Source: Octopus sinensis (lineage: Eukaryota). From it: 64,000 bases of DNA. Positions 1-11,365 of the stretch are shown here, in pieces (within the stretch, counting starts at the first letter, position 1; the number at the start of each line of letters is the position of its first letter). The notes below the pieces were generated by a model. The model had not been told where the DNA came from. It worked only from the letters and a program-made list of their open reading frames with translations, and did not search any database. The position numbers and the translations under genes were made by a program. The stretch lies in contig NC_042997.1 of NCBI RefSeq assembly GCF_006345805.1, positions 171,492,001-171,556,000 of the forward strand. The letters run 5' to 3'.

Positions 1-230
1 TAGGTACACAAGTATGGAATTTCTACCTCTACCTTTTCTATACATCAAGCAGGATCATTTTCTTGAAGGAAGCAGAATCCCATGTTTTCCTACATATTAG
101 GCCTTTGGTCTTTGCTAGGTTAACTTTAAGGCTTTTTGGTCCCAGGTTTCCTTTTACAACTGAAATTTTTTCCTAATTCTATAACAGGAAGCGGGGCATT
201 AGCCCATAGCTGTTTCCTAGGATAACCAGA
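1..230 (-). mobile_element. Degenerate RTE-type LINE RT fragment
   Basis: Reverse complement aligns by eye to 58430-58660 (YADD region, KVNLAKTK, then the CRKG Cys-rich segment); stops and frameshifts present. Confidence 0.7.
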
Positions 231-311
231 CTTAAATTCCTGTGTTATGTTCTGCAGACCTATAATAAATAAACAGGGTCTGAGAACTAAATGTTGGCAA
301 ACTAATTCACA

Positions 312-590
312 CTGTTGTGTCTGGGGAGAGTCATTTTCTTTTTGTGTCTTATAATGTAACACACTCACTGGTAAAATTTCCACTTATTTCTTATTTTTAT
401 TTTCCTAAAATTTTCGTTGCATCTTGCCACCTTTTCAATAGTCAAGACAATAGTCAAGACTATTGAAAAGATTGCAAGACGCAACGAAAATTTTAGGAAA
501 ATAAAAATAAGAAATAAGTGGAAATTTTACCAGTGAGTGTGTTAAATTATAAAAGCACAAAAAGAAAATGACTCCCCCCAGACACAACAG
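312..590. repeat. Long near-perfect inverted repeat (foldback)
   Basis: Arms 312-443 and 458-590 are reverse complements with a few mismatches; 14-nt loop. Confidence 0.9.
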
Positions 591-879
591 AATATGCTTC
601 AACACACAAACTCATATGAAGAATCTTGCAAACCAAATCCAAAAACGAAATAATTCACACTAATTTACTGCTATATTCATTACAAATTCTCACCTTACTG
701 ATGACACCCCTGTACATGGTTTGCATGGCTCTCACAAGTCATTGATCTACTCTCTTGGTTTTTCAGTGACCACCAGATCACAGAGCGAGGAAGATTTGTT
801 GATTTTGTTTTGTAGATTAACATTTTCTAGAACTACAGTTATGGAAATTTAAAATAAAAAAATTTAAATTGAACTTCAT

Positions 880-1132
880 AACTCCCCTGCCCCACTCTCC
901 TTCTCTCACTACACACACACTTCAGCAATGTAGCTATACACATGCTGTGGGCGACTCCTTTCCCTTCTTTGAACTTTTCCCTTCCTCCTTCCTGATGAAG
1001 TGCAATGCTCGAAACATCAAAAACACTCTCTTTCTATCAAACGCCAAACTAATATATTCCTTGCGCATGTCCTCTTGTTGTCTGTCAATTTTATTATTCA
1101 TTTATATTGAAATGATTATTTATATGAATTGA

Positions 1133-1135
<3 letters not shown>
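880..1135 (+). mobile_element. Probable Penelope-like element terminal repeat with a hammerhead-like core
   Basis: CTGATGA-A-GTGC-AAT-GCTC-GAAAC at 992-1015 in a pyrimidine-rich context ending at (TA)n, as expected of PLE ends. The upstream boundary is uncertain. Confidence 0.45.
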
Positions 1136-1168
<33 letters not shown>

Positions 1169-1169
<1 letters not shown>

Positions 1170-1605
1170 CTCTTATTATAAAAGGCAGATTTTATCTGCC
1201 TCCCTTTGGGAGTTATACAAATCTACAATATAGGATTTCTTCAATTACAATTTACCCAGCATTTTTAAGAGTACAATGCATCGCGTCATGCCAGGTCCAG
1301 TTTTTAAAATTTAAACTCCAATTAAGCAAAATTTACAGAAAACTCACATTCTGGTGTGTGTGTCAAATGCTTTTCTTAGTCTGGTTTACACCACACGCAA
1401 ATGCACACACACAGTGGGCAACGAATAAAATGAAAGTAAATAGCGACAGAGTGATTTGAGGAAGACTAAAGTGAAAGTATTCTGTCTATGACGCTGATAG
1501 ATACATGAGTAAAATGTATGGGAAGCTAAGAGCTAAGAGTGAGTGAAAATGTTCTTGGAAGAGAGTAAATAGCGAGAGAGAGAGTGATTTGAGGAAGACT
1601 TTCAT
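1169..1605 (+). mobile_element. Non-autonomous Helitron 5' portion (truncated)
   Basis: A|TCTCTTATTATAAAAGG start resembles the other Helitron 5' ends here; internal direct repeat AGTAAATAGCG..GAGTGATTTGAGGAAGACT; no 3' CTAG found. Confidence 0.5.
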
Positions 1606-1643
1606 TAAATAACCGTAGTGGCTTGTGTTAGTAATAAAGTAAA

Positions 1644-1950
1644 CATACACTCATACATACATACATACATACATACATACATACATACATACATACATAC
1701 ATACACACATACACACACACATACATACACACACACATACATACATACACACATACATACATACATACATACATATACATACATACATACATATACATAC
1801 ATACATACACACACACACATACACACACACACAGTATTGAAGCTTGAGAACAATCAGATACATTTGCAACACATCTGTTGAAAATATTATTGTTCACACA
1901 CATACATATACATATATACATACAGACAGACAGATAGACACACACACACA
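1644..1950. repeat. (TACA)n/(CA)n microsatellite
   Basis: Direct inspection. Confidence 0.95.
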
Positions 1951-2004
1951 CACATGATCCAGCATGGCCACAACCTCAAGGCTGAAACATATAAAAGAAT
2001 AACA

Positions 2005-2375
2005 GAATATAAATGTGTGCAAAGTACAAGAAATATTAATGCAGTATATGGGGATTGGACAATAAGCGTAAGGCAGTGTCAATGGTGGTTCCAGAAATCC
2101 CGAGCCATAAACTACAGCCTAGAAGACGAGCCTCATCCTGAAAGATCTGTAGAACTCGACAAGGACATCCTGAAAACCCTGGTGGAACAAAATCTCATCG
2201 TAACTGTTGAGGAACTAGCAGAGAAGCTTGGATTTGGTCATTCAACCATTCATTGAGACCTGTGTGCTATCGGAAAAGTCAGCAAATTGGGTCAATGGGT
2301 TCCTCATGAACTTTCCGAGTCTAATTGCATGCAGAGAGTGAATGTATGCTTTTCTTTGCTGTCACATCTCACCAC
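2005..2375 (+). pseudogene. Mariner transposase N-terminal fragment
   Basis: HTH-region peptide ...QCQWWFQK...TVEELAEKLG..HSTIH*, then in the same frame KLGQWVPHEL (WVPHEL at 2296-2313); in-frame stop; truncated. Confidence 0.9.
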
Positions 2376-2391
2376 TACTGCGCTATGTATA

Positions 2392-3027
2392 TCTATATAT
2401 ATAAAACTGTAGTTGTGTGAGTGTCTGTCCCCTTCGATTTAGATTCCTAACTACTCCCACATTTTGCGGTGCAGTTTAACCAAATTCGGGCAGCTTATAG
2501 TCGTGATTCATATCGAGCCCGTCTGAATATTAGCGCGCGTCTACGATGAGTCTACGATTTTAAAAATAATTTAACATCATTTTTTATTCCATTTTAATGC
2601 ATAATTTTTCGTGTGTCGATGGCGGCGGAGTTGGCGTCCACGCTCACACCTGCACCTGTGGGGAAGGGAGTGTAAGGAAATCAACGTCGTAAGGCGTTGT
2701 CAAGGAGACCAGTGTTCTTTTAGAACAACGACTTCATGGCTTGAAGACACCAAAACAGAAACGGCTAAGAAAGCGTCTACATGAGTCTACGATTTAAAAA
2801 AAAATTTACCATCGTTTTTTTTCCATTTTAATGCATTTTTTCGCTATTATATAAGGGAAGTAACTCTCTAAAAATGTCTACGATGAGTCAACGATTTAAA
2901 AAAAAATTTACCATCATATTTTTTCCATTTTAATGCATTTTTTGCTATTTTTTTGCTATAACTCTCTAAAAATGCTTATATAGTTATTTCCCTTACAAAC
3001 CCGAGCAACGCCGGGCGATACTGCTAG
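2392..3027 (+). mobile_element. Complete non-autonomous Helitron
   Basis: A|TCTATATATATAAAA 5' end; CCCG..CGGG hairpin at 3000-3015; CTAG|T 3' end; three internal ~100-bp repeats. Confidence 0.9.
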
Positions 3028-3062
3028 TATATATATATATATATATTATATATATTATATAT

Positions 3063-3440
3063 ATTAAACCCTTAATTGCTTAGTATATATATATATATAT
3101 AGGTTAATTGAGTTAGAGGTGAAAATAACCATCTAAGGGATAGAAGTATCCATTACGCTACTGGTGTATTACCTATATTTACCATAGGCATACATATGCA
3201 AACACATTACACTCATAAATTATAGGTAAAGACAAGGATAATACATGGGTTTATCAAGAATCAAAATTTAAAGAAAGCAGAAAATCGAGAAGTACTAATG
3301 AACAACAATTGACTTACATCAATTATTATTTATTAATTCAATGCAAAGAGACAGGAAATGGATGGGATGCAATCTATTTGCATTGAATTAATAAATAGTA
3401 ATTGTTGTTCATCAGTACTTCTCCATTTTCTGTTTTCTTC
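3063..3440. repeat. (TA)n-flanked element containing an imperfect palindrome (3273-3437)
   Basis: Arms ~3273-3347 and 3377-3437 are reverse complements with one indel. Confidence 0.7.
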
Positions 3441-3474
<34 letters not shown>

Positions 3475-3822
3475 ATATGTATGTGTGTGTGTATGCGTAA
3501 ATATATAAATATATAGAGAGAGGGGCATATAAGCTCTTTATAACTGGAGGTAGGAAACAAACCTTTTAAGTATTATTGCTCTAATTTTTAAAGTGTGCTT
3601 CAGTTTGGATTTATAAACTAATGAGTGATTGTGTATGTGTGTGTGTGTTTATATATATAAGAGAATAAAGTGTACATATGCCACTATATATGTATATAAA
3701 AAATACAAAATGGGACAAGAACGCAAAACATCTGAATAGACAATACAAAAAACATGGACAGGTCATTCGAAGCCTTTAATCTTCAGTCAAGAACCGGCTG
3801 AAATATATATATATATATACAC

Positions 3823-4128
3823 GGAGGCGCAATGGCCCAGTGGTTAGGGTAGCGGACTCGTGGTTATAGGATCGCGGTTTCGGTTCCCAGACCAGGCGTT
3901 GTGAGTGTTTATTGAGTGAAAACACCTAAAGCTCCATAAGGCTCCGGCAGGGGATGGTGGCGATCCCTGCTGTACTCTTTCGCTGCAACTTTCTCTCACT
4001 CTTTCTTCTGTTGGCCTGCTCGCTTAGCCAGCAGGGTGGCGTCATTCGAAGGCTAAAACAATGCGAACGCATTGTGACCAGCGATGTGTAGCAACATCTG
4101 ATGGTCTGGTCAGTCATGGTGATCGTGG
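3823..4128 (+). mobile_element. tRNA-headed SINE (family C)
   Basis: A box TGGCCCAGTGG and B-box-like GGTTTCGGTTCCC; same head as 9350-9595; inserted in (TA)n. Confidence 0.8.
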
Positions 4129-4789
4129 AGATATATATACACACATACACACATATATAAACACATGCACAATGAATTTCAGTCTTTTAAATCCACAAAA
4201 AAGAGGCTTTGTGCAACTTGGAACTAGAGCAGAAAACATTTGCCAAAGGTGCTACACAGTGGAACAAAACCTAGAATTACATGGTTGCACATGCACACAT
4301 GCATGCATATGCACGTACACATACATGTATGCATGTTTCATAGTATGTTGGACAGAGAATTGAGAAGCCAGAAACTAGTGTAAGTTCATTGTAATATATG
4401 TATGCATACACACGCACATACACATGCACAGAGGCACACAAACACACACAACGCACACATACCAACACATGCAAACAAGCACACACACACACAAAACACA
4501 TACTCAAAGCACACATACACTAAAATGAGCACATAACAAATTCACAAATTGGCGCTTGCACACACACACACACATATGTATAGACATTTTCTCATAAATA
4601 AAGAACCTGTATCAGTTGTCAATGTTCATTTTTCTCACCATAGCATACAAACTTATCCAAATTTATGAATTTCACAGTATTTACCTATGCAAGCATTCAT
4701 AGAATCAATGCATACATATACATATATGTATTTACACACACACACACACACACTCTCACACGTATGTATGTATATGTACATACAAAGAT

Positions 4790-5160
4790 ACATATACATA
4801 TACATTCATGCATTTACATACATATGTACATACACACACATATATACATGCATACATACATACATACATACATACATACACACATACATACATACACACA
4901 TACATACATACATACATACATACATACATACATACACACACACACACTCATACATACATACATACATACATACATACATACTTACATGCACACATACATA
5001 CATACATACATACATACATACATACATACATACACATACATACATACATACATACATACATACACACACACACTCATACATACATACATACATACATACA
5101 TACATACATACATACATACTTACATGCACACATACCTACATACATACATACATACATACA

Positions 5161-5191
<31 letters not shown>

Positions 5192-5195
5192 GCAC
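4790..5195. repeat. (TACA)n microsatellite
   Basis: Direct inspection. Confidence 0.95.
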
Positions 5196-5954
5196 ATACA
5201 GACATTGACCTAGCTCTGCTCCCTCAATACTACAGACATTCACTAACCTTAGCTTTGTATTAATCATATCACAAGTTATTGAAATGAATGATTAAGCTAA
5301 TAGAAAGTCAATATTTATAGGTTTTTTTTAGACTATTTTTGATCTTTGTTGCCTTTCCTAGAATTATATCAAAGTTCTATTAAAATTGCATTGTAAAGTC
5401 TATCAAGTTATCACAGTTATTAGATGAATAAACACACAAGCACGCCTACACACACAAGCACACATACACACATGCACTCACATACACACAAATGTACATA
5501 TAAATATATCTGCAACTACTCTTACACACTTATATGTCACACACACGCACACACACAAACACATATAAATATATGCATATATGTATATATTTGAATGACT
5601 ACCTATTAACCATAAGTCATTCTTAAATAAAAGACTCATGATGGTGTAAAACATCAAGAATAAAGATTATTCATTTAATAAAATGATTCATGACAGCTGG
5701 ATAGCTGTTTCACTCATAGGAGCCTATCAAATGAATCAAAAATTATTGAGGGTTGCTGAACCTAAAGCATGCTCAGAAAAGGCATTTAAAAGGAACCTGT
5801 GGGGTAAATTGCTTTTAGAGCATGGTTTGCTTTTTAAAGGGTTGCAATAAAAATGGAAAAATTGCAATGGAGAAAGAAAAAGATAAGTAGATATCATAGT
5901 CTGAAGGAGGAGTATAAATGAATATGAAGGAATGAAAAGTTTATGTAAATATAT

Positions 5955-6308
5955 AGTATGTATGTATGTATGTATGTATGTATGTATGTATGTATGTGTG
6001 TATGTATGTATGTATGTATGTATGGATATATGTATGCATGAATGTATGTATGGATGTATGTATGGATGTATGTATGTATGTATGTATGTTTGTATGTATT
6101 TATGTATGTATGTATGTGTGTATGTATGTATGTATGTATGCATGTATGTATGTATGCATGTATGCATGTGTGTATGTATGTATGTATGGATATATGTATG
6201 CATGTATGTATATATGCATGTATGTATGTATGTATGTATGTAGTATGTATGTATGTATGTATGCATGCATGTATGTATGCATGTATGCATGTGTGTATGT
6301 ATGTATGG

Positions 6309-6341
<33 letters not shown>

Positions 6342-6558
6342 TGTATGGATATATGTATGCATGTATATATGTATGTATGTATGTATGTATGTACGTATGT
6401 ATGCATTTATGTATGTATGTACATATGTATGTATGTATGGATATATATATGTCTGTATGTATGTATGTATATATGTATGTATGCATGTATGTATGTACGT
6501 ATGTATGTATGTATGTATGTATGTATGTATGTATGTATGTATGTATGTATGTATGTAT
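5955..6558. repeat. (TATG)n microsatellite
   Basis: Direct inspection. Confidence 0.95.
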
Positions 6559-6559
6559 A

Positions 6560-6777
6560 CAAGGGGATGCTGAAAAGTTCCTGGTTATAAGAATACCATG
6601 ATAGGCCTGGTTGGAGACCCAGCCTTCCGAGTTATTTTACATGGCTTAGAAAAACTTGAAGGACTGTTGCAATAAGTGTGTGAATCTGCAAGGAGAATAT
6701 ATCAAATAAAATCATAATTAACTGATCCTCTTGTATTTCCTTTTACCCAAGGCTGGGAACTCTTCAGCACCCCTTCA
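6560..6777 (+). mobile_element. Mariner-derived MITE
   Basis: TA flanks; imperfect TIRs CAAGGGGATGCTGAAAAGTTCC / GGAACTCTTCAGCACCCCTTCA; internal remnant of the mariner C-terminus (GLEKL..KCV.LQGEYIK*). Confidence 0.8.
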
Positions 6778-6834
6778 TATTTGTGTACATGTGTGTTTGT
6801 CTGTGTATGTACACATGTATATATCTGTGTTTTT

Positions 6835-6975
6835 GTATAGGTGAGAATTCACGAAAAAAGCAAAAGATGAAGACATGTGGTGTAGAAAACAAACAGATGT
6901 ATTAGTATAACGCTCAGAAATTGAAAAAAATTTTTACGTCTCGAGCCTACACTCTTCTACAGAAAGGAACACAGA
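6835..6975 (-). mobile_element. Penelope-like terminal fragment with a degenerate hammerhead-like motif
   Basis: Minus strand CTGTAGA-A-GAGT-GTAG-GCTC-GAGAC-GTA at 6935-6962 has the same architecture as 992-1018. Confidence 0.45.
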
Positions 6976-7504
6976 AAGAAACAAGGAGAGAAAAAAGGAG
7001 ACAAAAAAAAAAAGGAAAGAAACAAGGAGAGAGAAAAATGTGTGTAGTGGCTACCGATCTATCATGGCGACTGATGTTTTGTATATATTTATGCTTGTGG
7101 CTATAAATATATATTACTTATACAACAGAGGAGTCCAGTGTAATCCATAGTCAGGAGAGGTGCAGCAGAAGCATAGAAAGTCCAGTAGAAATTCGTGGGT
7201 GATGAGAGGAGACACATACATTCATATATGTGTGCATATGCTTGTTCCTTTAATATTTGCTTCCCTATTCTATCATGGGTTGCACAGAGAATTATTTATG
7301 GCAGGAATTTACAAACAGATACTCTCCTTGTTGCCATCGTACCTGGTTTTCAAGAAGGATTTCTGTATTCCAGGGGTCTTTGAAGTTACAGAAGGACTAG
7401 TGATAATGTCAGCAGGGAATGCCAGCATCATCATTGTTTCATAGGGACTAGCATCTTGTCTGTCTTAATTCCAACTACATTGGTAAAAAGTAAGCAATTT
7501 GTCT

Positions 7505-7935
7505 TTTATCTTTTACTTGCCTCAGTCATTAGACAGCAGCCCTGCTGAGGCACCACTTTGAAGAATTTTTTAGTCAAATGAATCAGCTCCACTACTTTTT
7601 GCTTTTTAAGCCTGGTACTTATTCTATCAGTCTCTTTTTGATGAACTGCTAAGTTATGGGAACAGAAACAAACCAATACCATTTGCCAAGTGATGATGGG
7701 AGACAAATATGGATATCAAGACACACACACATACACATGCACATGTGCACACACACATGCACACATACACACATACAGACACACATGATGAGCTCCTTTC
7801 AGTTTCCACCTAGCAAATCCACTCATTAAGGCTTTGGTTGAAAGAAAGCTTTAGTAGAAGACACTTGTCCAAGGTGCCATGCTGGAGCTATGTGGTCAGA
7901 AAGTAAACTTCTTACCACACAGCTATGCCTGTACC
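7505..7935 (-). mobile_element. SINE family A (degenerate)
   Basis: Matches the A-family head, body and tail, with an internal (CA)n. Confidence 0.75.
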
Positions 7936-8281
7936 TTTATTCCTAAAGTTTAGTTGAGAGGGAAGAATTTAACTGGCAGATGGTGAAAAACCTGCTATTC
8001 TTCTCTTAGGAATAAAGGTAACATGGAAGGATAAAGCAAAAACAACAAATGTGATAAGTCACATCAAGGAAATTTTGAGATGGAGGTTAAAAATGCTCCT
8101 GAGAATCTAACATCTAAACTTAATTTTATATAGCCACCTCCATCCCCATATGGTATTTATTAACAGGTCAGTTTATTAATTAATAATTATTGATTATAAA
8201 TGATTATGATTCCCAATTCTCAGGAGTGCTTTTAGCTGAAAATATGACCAATACCATAAATTGCTCACAATTTCAATTTGT

Positions 8282-8692
8282 ACATATGCATGTGTGTGAG
8301 TGTGCATGTGTGTATGTGTGCATGTGTGTGTGTGCATGTGTGTGAGTGTGCATGTGTGTATGTGTGCATGTGTGTGTGTGTGTATGTGTGCATGTGTGTG
8401 AGTGTGCATGTGTGTATGTGTGCATGTGTGTGAGTGTGCATGTGTGTGTGTGCATGTGTGTGAGTGTGCATGTGTGTATGTGTGCATGTGTGTATGTGTG
8501 CATGTGTGTGTATGTGTGCATGTGTGTATGTGTGCATGTGTGTGTATGTGTGCATGTGTGTATGTGTGCATGTGTGTGTATGTGTGCATGTGTGTATGTG
8601 TGCATGTGTGTGTATGTGTGCATGTGTGTATGTGTGCATGTGTGTATGTGTGCATGTGTGTGTGTGTGCATGTGTGTATGTGTGCATGTGTG
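8282..8692. repeat. (TG)/TGCATG-based low-complexity tandem repeat
   Basis: Direct inspection. Confidence 0.9.
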
Positions 8693-9095
8693 TCTTGGTA
8701 TGTATGTGTGTGTTTATGAGCATGCGTGTCTATGTGCGCATGTTTGATAAGAGAGCAAAACGCTTGTAAATGGAATGAATCTGACCTTTTGGAGAGCAAC
8801 ACTAGACAAAATAAATAGATAAATAAATAAATAAATAAATAAAAGCTCTATGATAATGTCTAACAACATTGGTTTCAGGTATGACCTCAATTACTGGATC
8901 CAACAAGAGAGATTGGCTGATGCAGCATGTCAGCTCTTCAGCTTACCAAATACACACAGCAGACAGACAAACTGTGAGAAATCTCACTTGCAAACAATGA
9001 CCACGTTGTCTTTTGTGATGGATTTCTTCACTTAGCAGTGGACAGACAAGCTTAGATGACAAGGCCAAGCAGTATTTTACTTATAATAAATATTT

Positions 9096-9326
9096 ATTTC
9101 TTTATTGCCCACAAGGGGCTAAACATAGAGGGGACAAACGAAGACAGACAAAGGGATTAAGTCGATTACATCGACCCTAGTGCGTAACTGGTACTTTATT
9201 TATCGACCCCAAAAGGATGAAAGGCAAAGTCGACCTCGGTGGAATTTGAACTCAGAACATAACGGCAGATGAAATACGGATATGCATTTCGCCCGGCGTG
9301 CTAACGATTCTGCCAGATCGCTGCCC
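9096..9326 (-). mobile_element. SINE family B (tail type i) with 19-bp TSD
   Basis: tRNA-like head (GAGTTCAAATTCC); core GCCTTTCATCCTTT..GGGTCGATAAA, recalled as Meta/MESC-like; TSD TTACTTATAATAAATATTT at 9077-9095 and 9327-9345. Confidence 0.9.
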
Positions 9327-9349
9327 TTACTTATAATAAATATTTTCAA

Positions 9350-9595
9350 GCTTAGCCAGGCTCATGGGTCTGGATTCCCGGTTTCTGTGGTGTATGTGTT
9401 CCCCCCTAGCTGGACGGGATGCCAGTCCATCGCAGTGTTACTCAAGAAACAGGGAGAGAGAGTAAGAGAAAGTTGGGGTGAAAGAGTACAACAGGGGTCA
9501 CTCAATAAACACACACAACATCCGGTCTGAGAATCGAAACCGCGATCCTCCGACCTTGAGTTCGCTGCCCTAACCACTGGGCCATTGTGCCTCCA
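9350..9595 (-). mobile_element. tRNA-headed SINE with a V-domain-like core
   Basis: Head shared with family C; core GCGATGGACTGGCATCCCGTCCAG resembles the V-SINE domain (from memory). Confidence 0.7.
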
Positions 9596-9610
9596 CACAA
9601 TAAATATATT

Positions 9611-9989
9611 AAGAGGTAATATCTATTCCCACATGGGTATTCTGTTAGAACAAGCTATACTGTGCTAGATACCATGAGAGAAACTCTCATATTGGCTTTT
9701 GGTGCAAAATGCACTCTTGTTTATATCGCTAGCAGGGAGATAAATCTGTGCTATCTCCAGTGCCGAGACCACCAGATCATATGATGGATGAGACCAAGGA
9801 AGGTTGAAATCATGTGTTCTGGTGGTCTCACTGCTGGAGATGGCAGGAATTTATATCCTTGCTAGCGATATAAACAACAGTGCATTTTGCACCAAAAGCT
9901 AATATGAAAGTTTCTCTCATGGTAACTACAGCAGTATAGTTTGTTCTAATGGAACATCCACATTTAAGCAAGGATAAATATTACCTCTT
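9611..9989. mobile_element. Foldback/MITE-like long inverted repeat
   Basis: ~165-bp imperfect arms (AAGAGGTAATAT...ATATTACCTCTT) around a ~40-nt loop. Confidence 0.8.
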
Positions 9990-10339
9990 GGTATTAATAC
10001 CACCTTTGTTGCTAATATATATTTCTAACAAGCTAATTGACTAATTGTGACACCAGTGTTTGTTCTGGCATTATTTTTCTATATGTCGCTGGAGGGGAGA
10101 TAAGTTGCTGCTATCTCTAGCAGTTGAGCATCCATCATTGACAAAACCAAATAGGGATCTTTGTGGTTTTCGTCACTGTTTACAATTTTGTTCCAATTGT
10201 TTTCAAATTTGGTATATAGATTAAGTTTTGTATACTAATTATGAAAATGAATTTCATTTCTCCTATAGATCCATAATTAAAAAATTATTAGCCTTTAAAA
10301 TTTGCATAATTTGGGTATTTTAACCAATCAAAAGTGAGT

Positions 10340-10525
10340 ATTTTACACATCACCATGGTGAAGAATTTTGTTTCCATAATAACCAAAGTTGCTGTGCATG
10401 CTCACAAATGCCAGTGTGGGATGCACCATTCCATGGTGATGCTTTGTGAATTTATGTGGAGAAAGAGATATGAGAAAGATAATTTATTTTATAAAATCCT
10501 AGAGTGTATTGCAAACTTTCGTTCT
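10340..10525 (+). pseudogene. Merlin/IS1595(ISXO2)-like transposase C-terminal fragment
   Basis: Peptide ...QCGMHHSM..LCEFMWRKRYEKDNLFYKILECIANF resembles the Merlin C-terminal (YLCEFMWR) motif; imperfect inverted repeats at ~10297-10330 and 10843-10878. Confidence 0.6.
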
Positions 10526-10562
10526 TGAATTTTTTAACTAATAAAAGTCTGTTTTAAACAAT

Positions 10563-10770
10563 GTTTTTACTGTTATTTCTAGCAATTCCTGTTGGATTGT
10601 GTGTAGCTTTTAAATATTTAATTTACTCATGAATGTTTTGATGTTAACTTTGCTCACGTACATTTTAAGTTTTGACTGTTATTTCTAGCAACTCCTTTTA
10701 GTTTGTTTGTAGCTTTTAAATATTTAATTTGCTTGCGAATGTTTTCATGCTTTTCACTGTTTACTATGGC
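10563..10770. repeat. Two tandem copies of a ~110-bp unit
   Basis: ACTGTTATTTCTAGCAA...TGTAGCTTTTAAATATTTAATTT..GAATGTTTT occurs twice. Confidence 0.8.
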
Positions 10771-11044
10771 TAGTTTAATATTTTGACATACCGATGCCCC
10801 CCACTCTCCAATGATGGAAGAGGCAGCGAACATGCTGTTTCCTGATTGGCTGAAAATTCTGAAAATTATCAAACTTTGAACACCTGTAACATTTTTTCAA
10901 ACATTTTCTGGGATAAATAAATAACAAATTCAGATTCAGCATCAAAAATTACATCTATGTGATACATTAAAATATTTTTTTAAAAATAACTGTAAACAAT
11001 GACGTAAACCACAAGGATTCCCCCAAAATAATTAAAATCATGTG

Positions 11045-11365
11045 ATATGGTGGTCTCGGTGCTGTGCTTGAGGAGACCTACTGAGTCAAGTACATCGACA
11101 TCAAAATAAATATCGAATGGAATTTGTAGTTGTAATACCTGTGGCCACTGCCAGCCTCCCCTGGCACCTGTACCGGTGGTATGCAAAAAGCACCCACTAC
11201 ACTCATGGAGTGGTTGGTATTAGGAAGGGGATCCAGCTGTAGAAACACTGTCAGATTAGATTGAGCCTGGTGCAGCCTTCTGGCTTCCCAGACCCCAGTC
11301 AAACCGTCCAACCCATGCTAGGACAGAAAACAGAGGTTAAACGACGATGATGATGATGATAATGA
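11045..11365 (+). mobile_element. RTE LINE 3' UTR fragment
   Basis: Matches 59440-59937; ends GTTAAACGACGATGATGAT. Confidence 0.8.

Noticed and set aside
3762-3790. Minus-strand CTGAAGA...CGAAT as a third hammerhead
   Set aside because: It lacks GAAA and a clear stem II/III; too degenerate to call.
3823-3895. tRNA gene calls for SINE heads (also 9520-9595, 16440-16515, 60110-60180)
   Set aside because: A/B boxes are present but there is no complete cloverleaf, and each continues into a SINE body.
4160-4280. Exon-like segment LLNPQKRGFVQLGTRAENICQ
   Set aside because: It aligns to a degenerate minus-strand SINE A body.
7990-8075. Strong acceptor plus open frame GIKVTWKDKAKTTNV
   Set aside because: It resembles the RTE C-terminal LGIxWxDKV motif, so it is more likely LINE debris.
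1605-8802. Long His/Thr/Tyr/Ile and Cys/Val/Met ORFs (also at 42668-43957 and elsewhere)
   Set aside because: They are translations of (TACA)n/(CA)n microsatellites, which lack stop codons in several frames.
8850-9060. Unique island with a short ORF (YDLNYWIQQERL..)
   Set aside because: No recognisable homology; CAG|GTATGA can be read as either donor or acceptor, so no consistent exon model.
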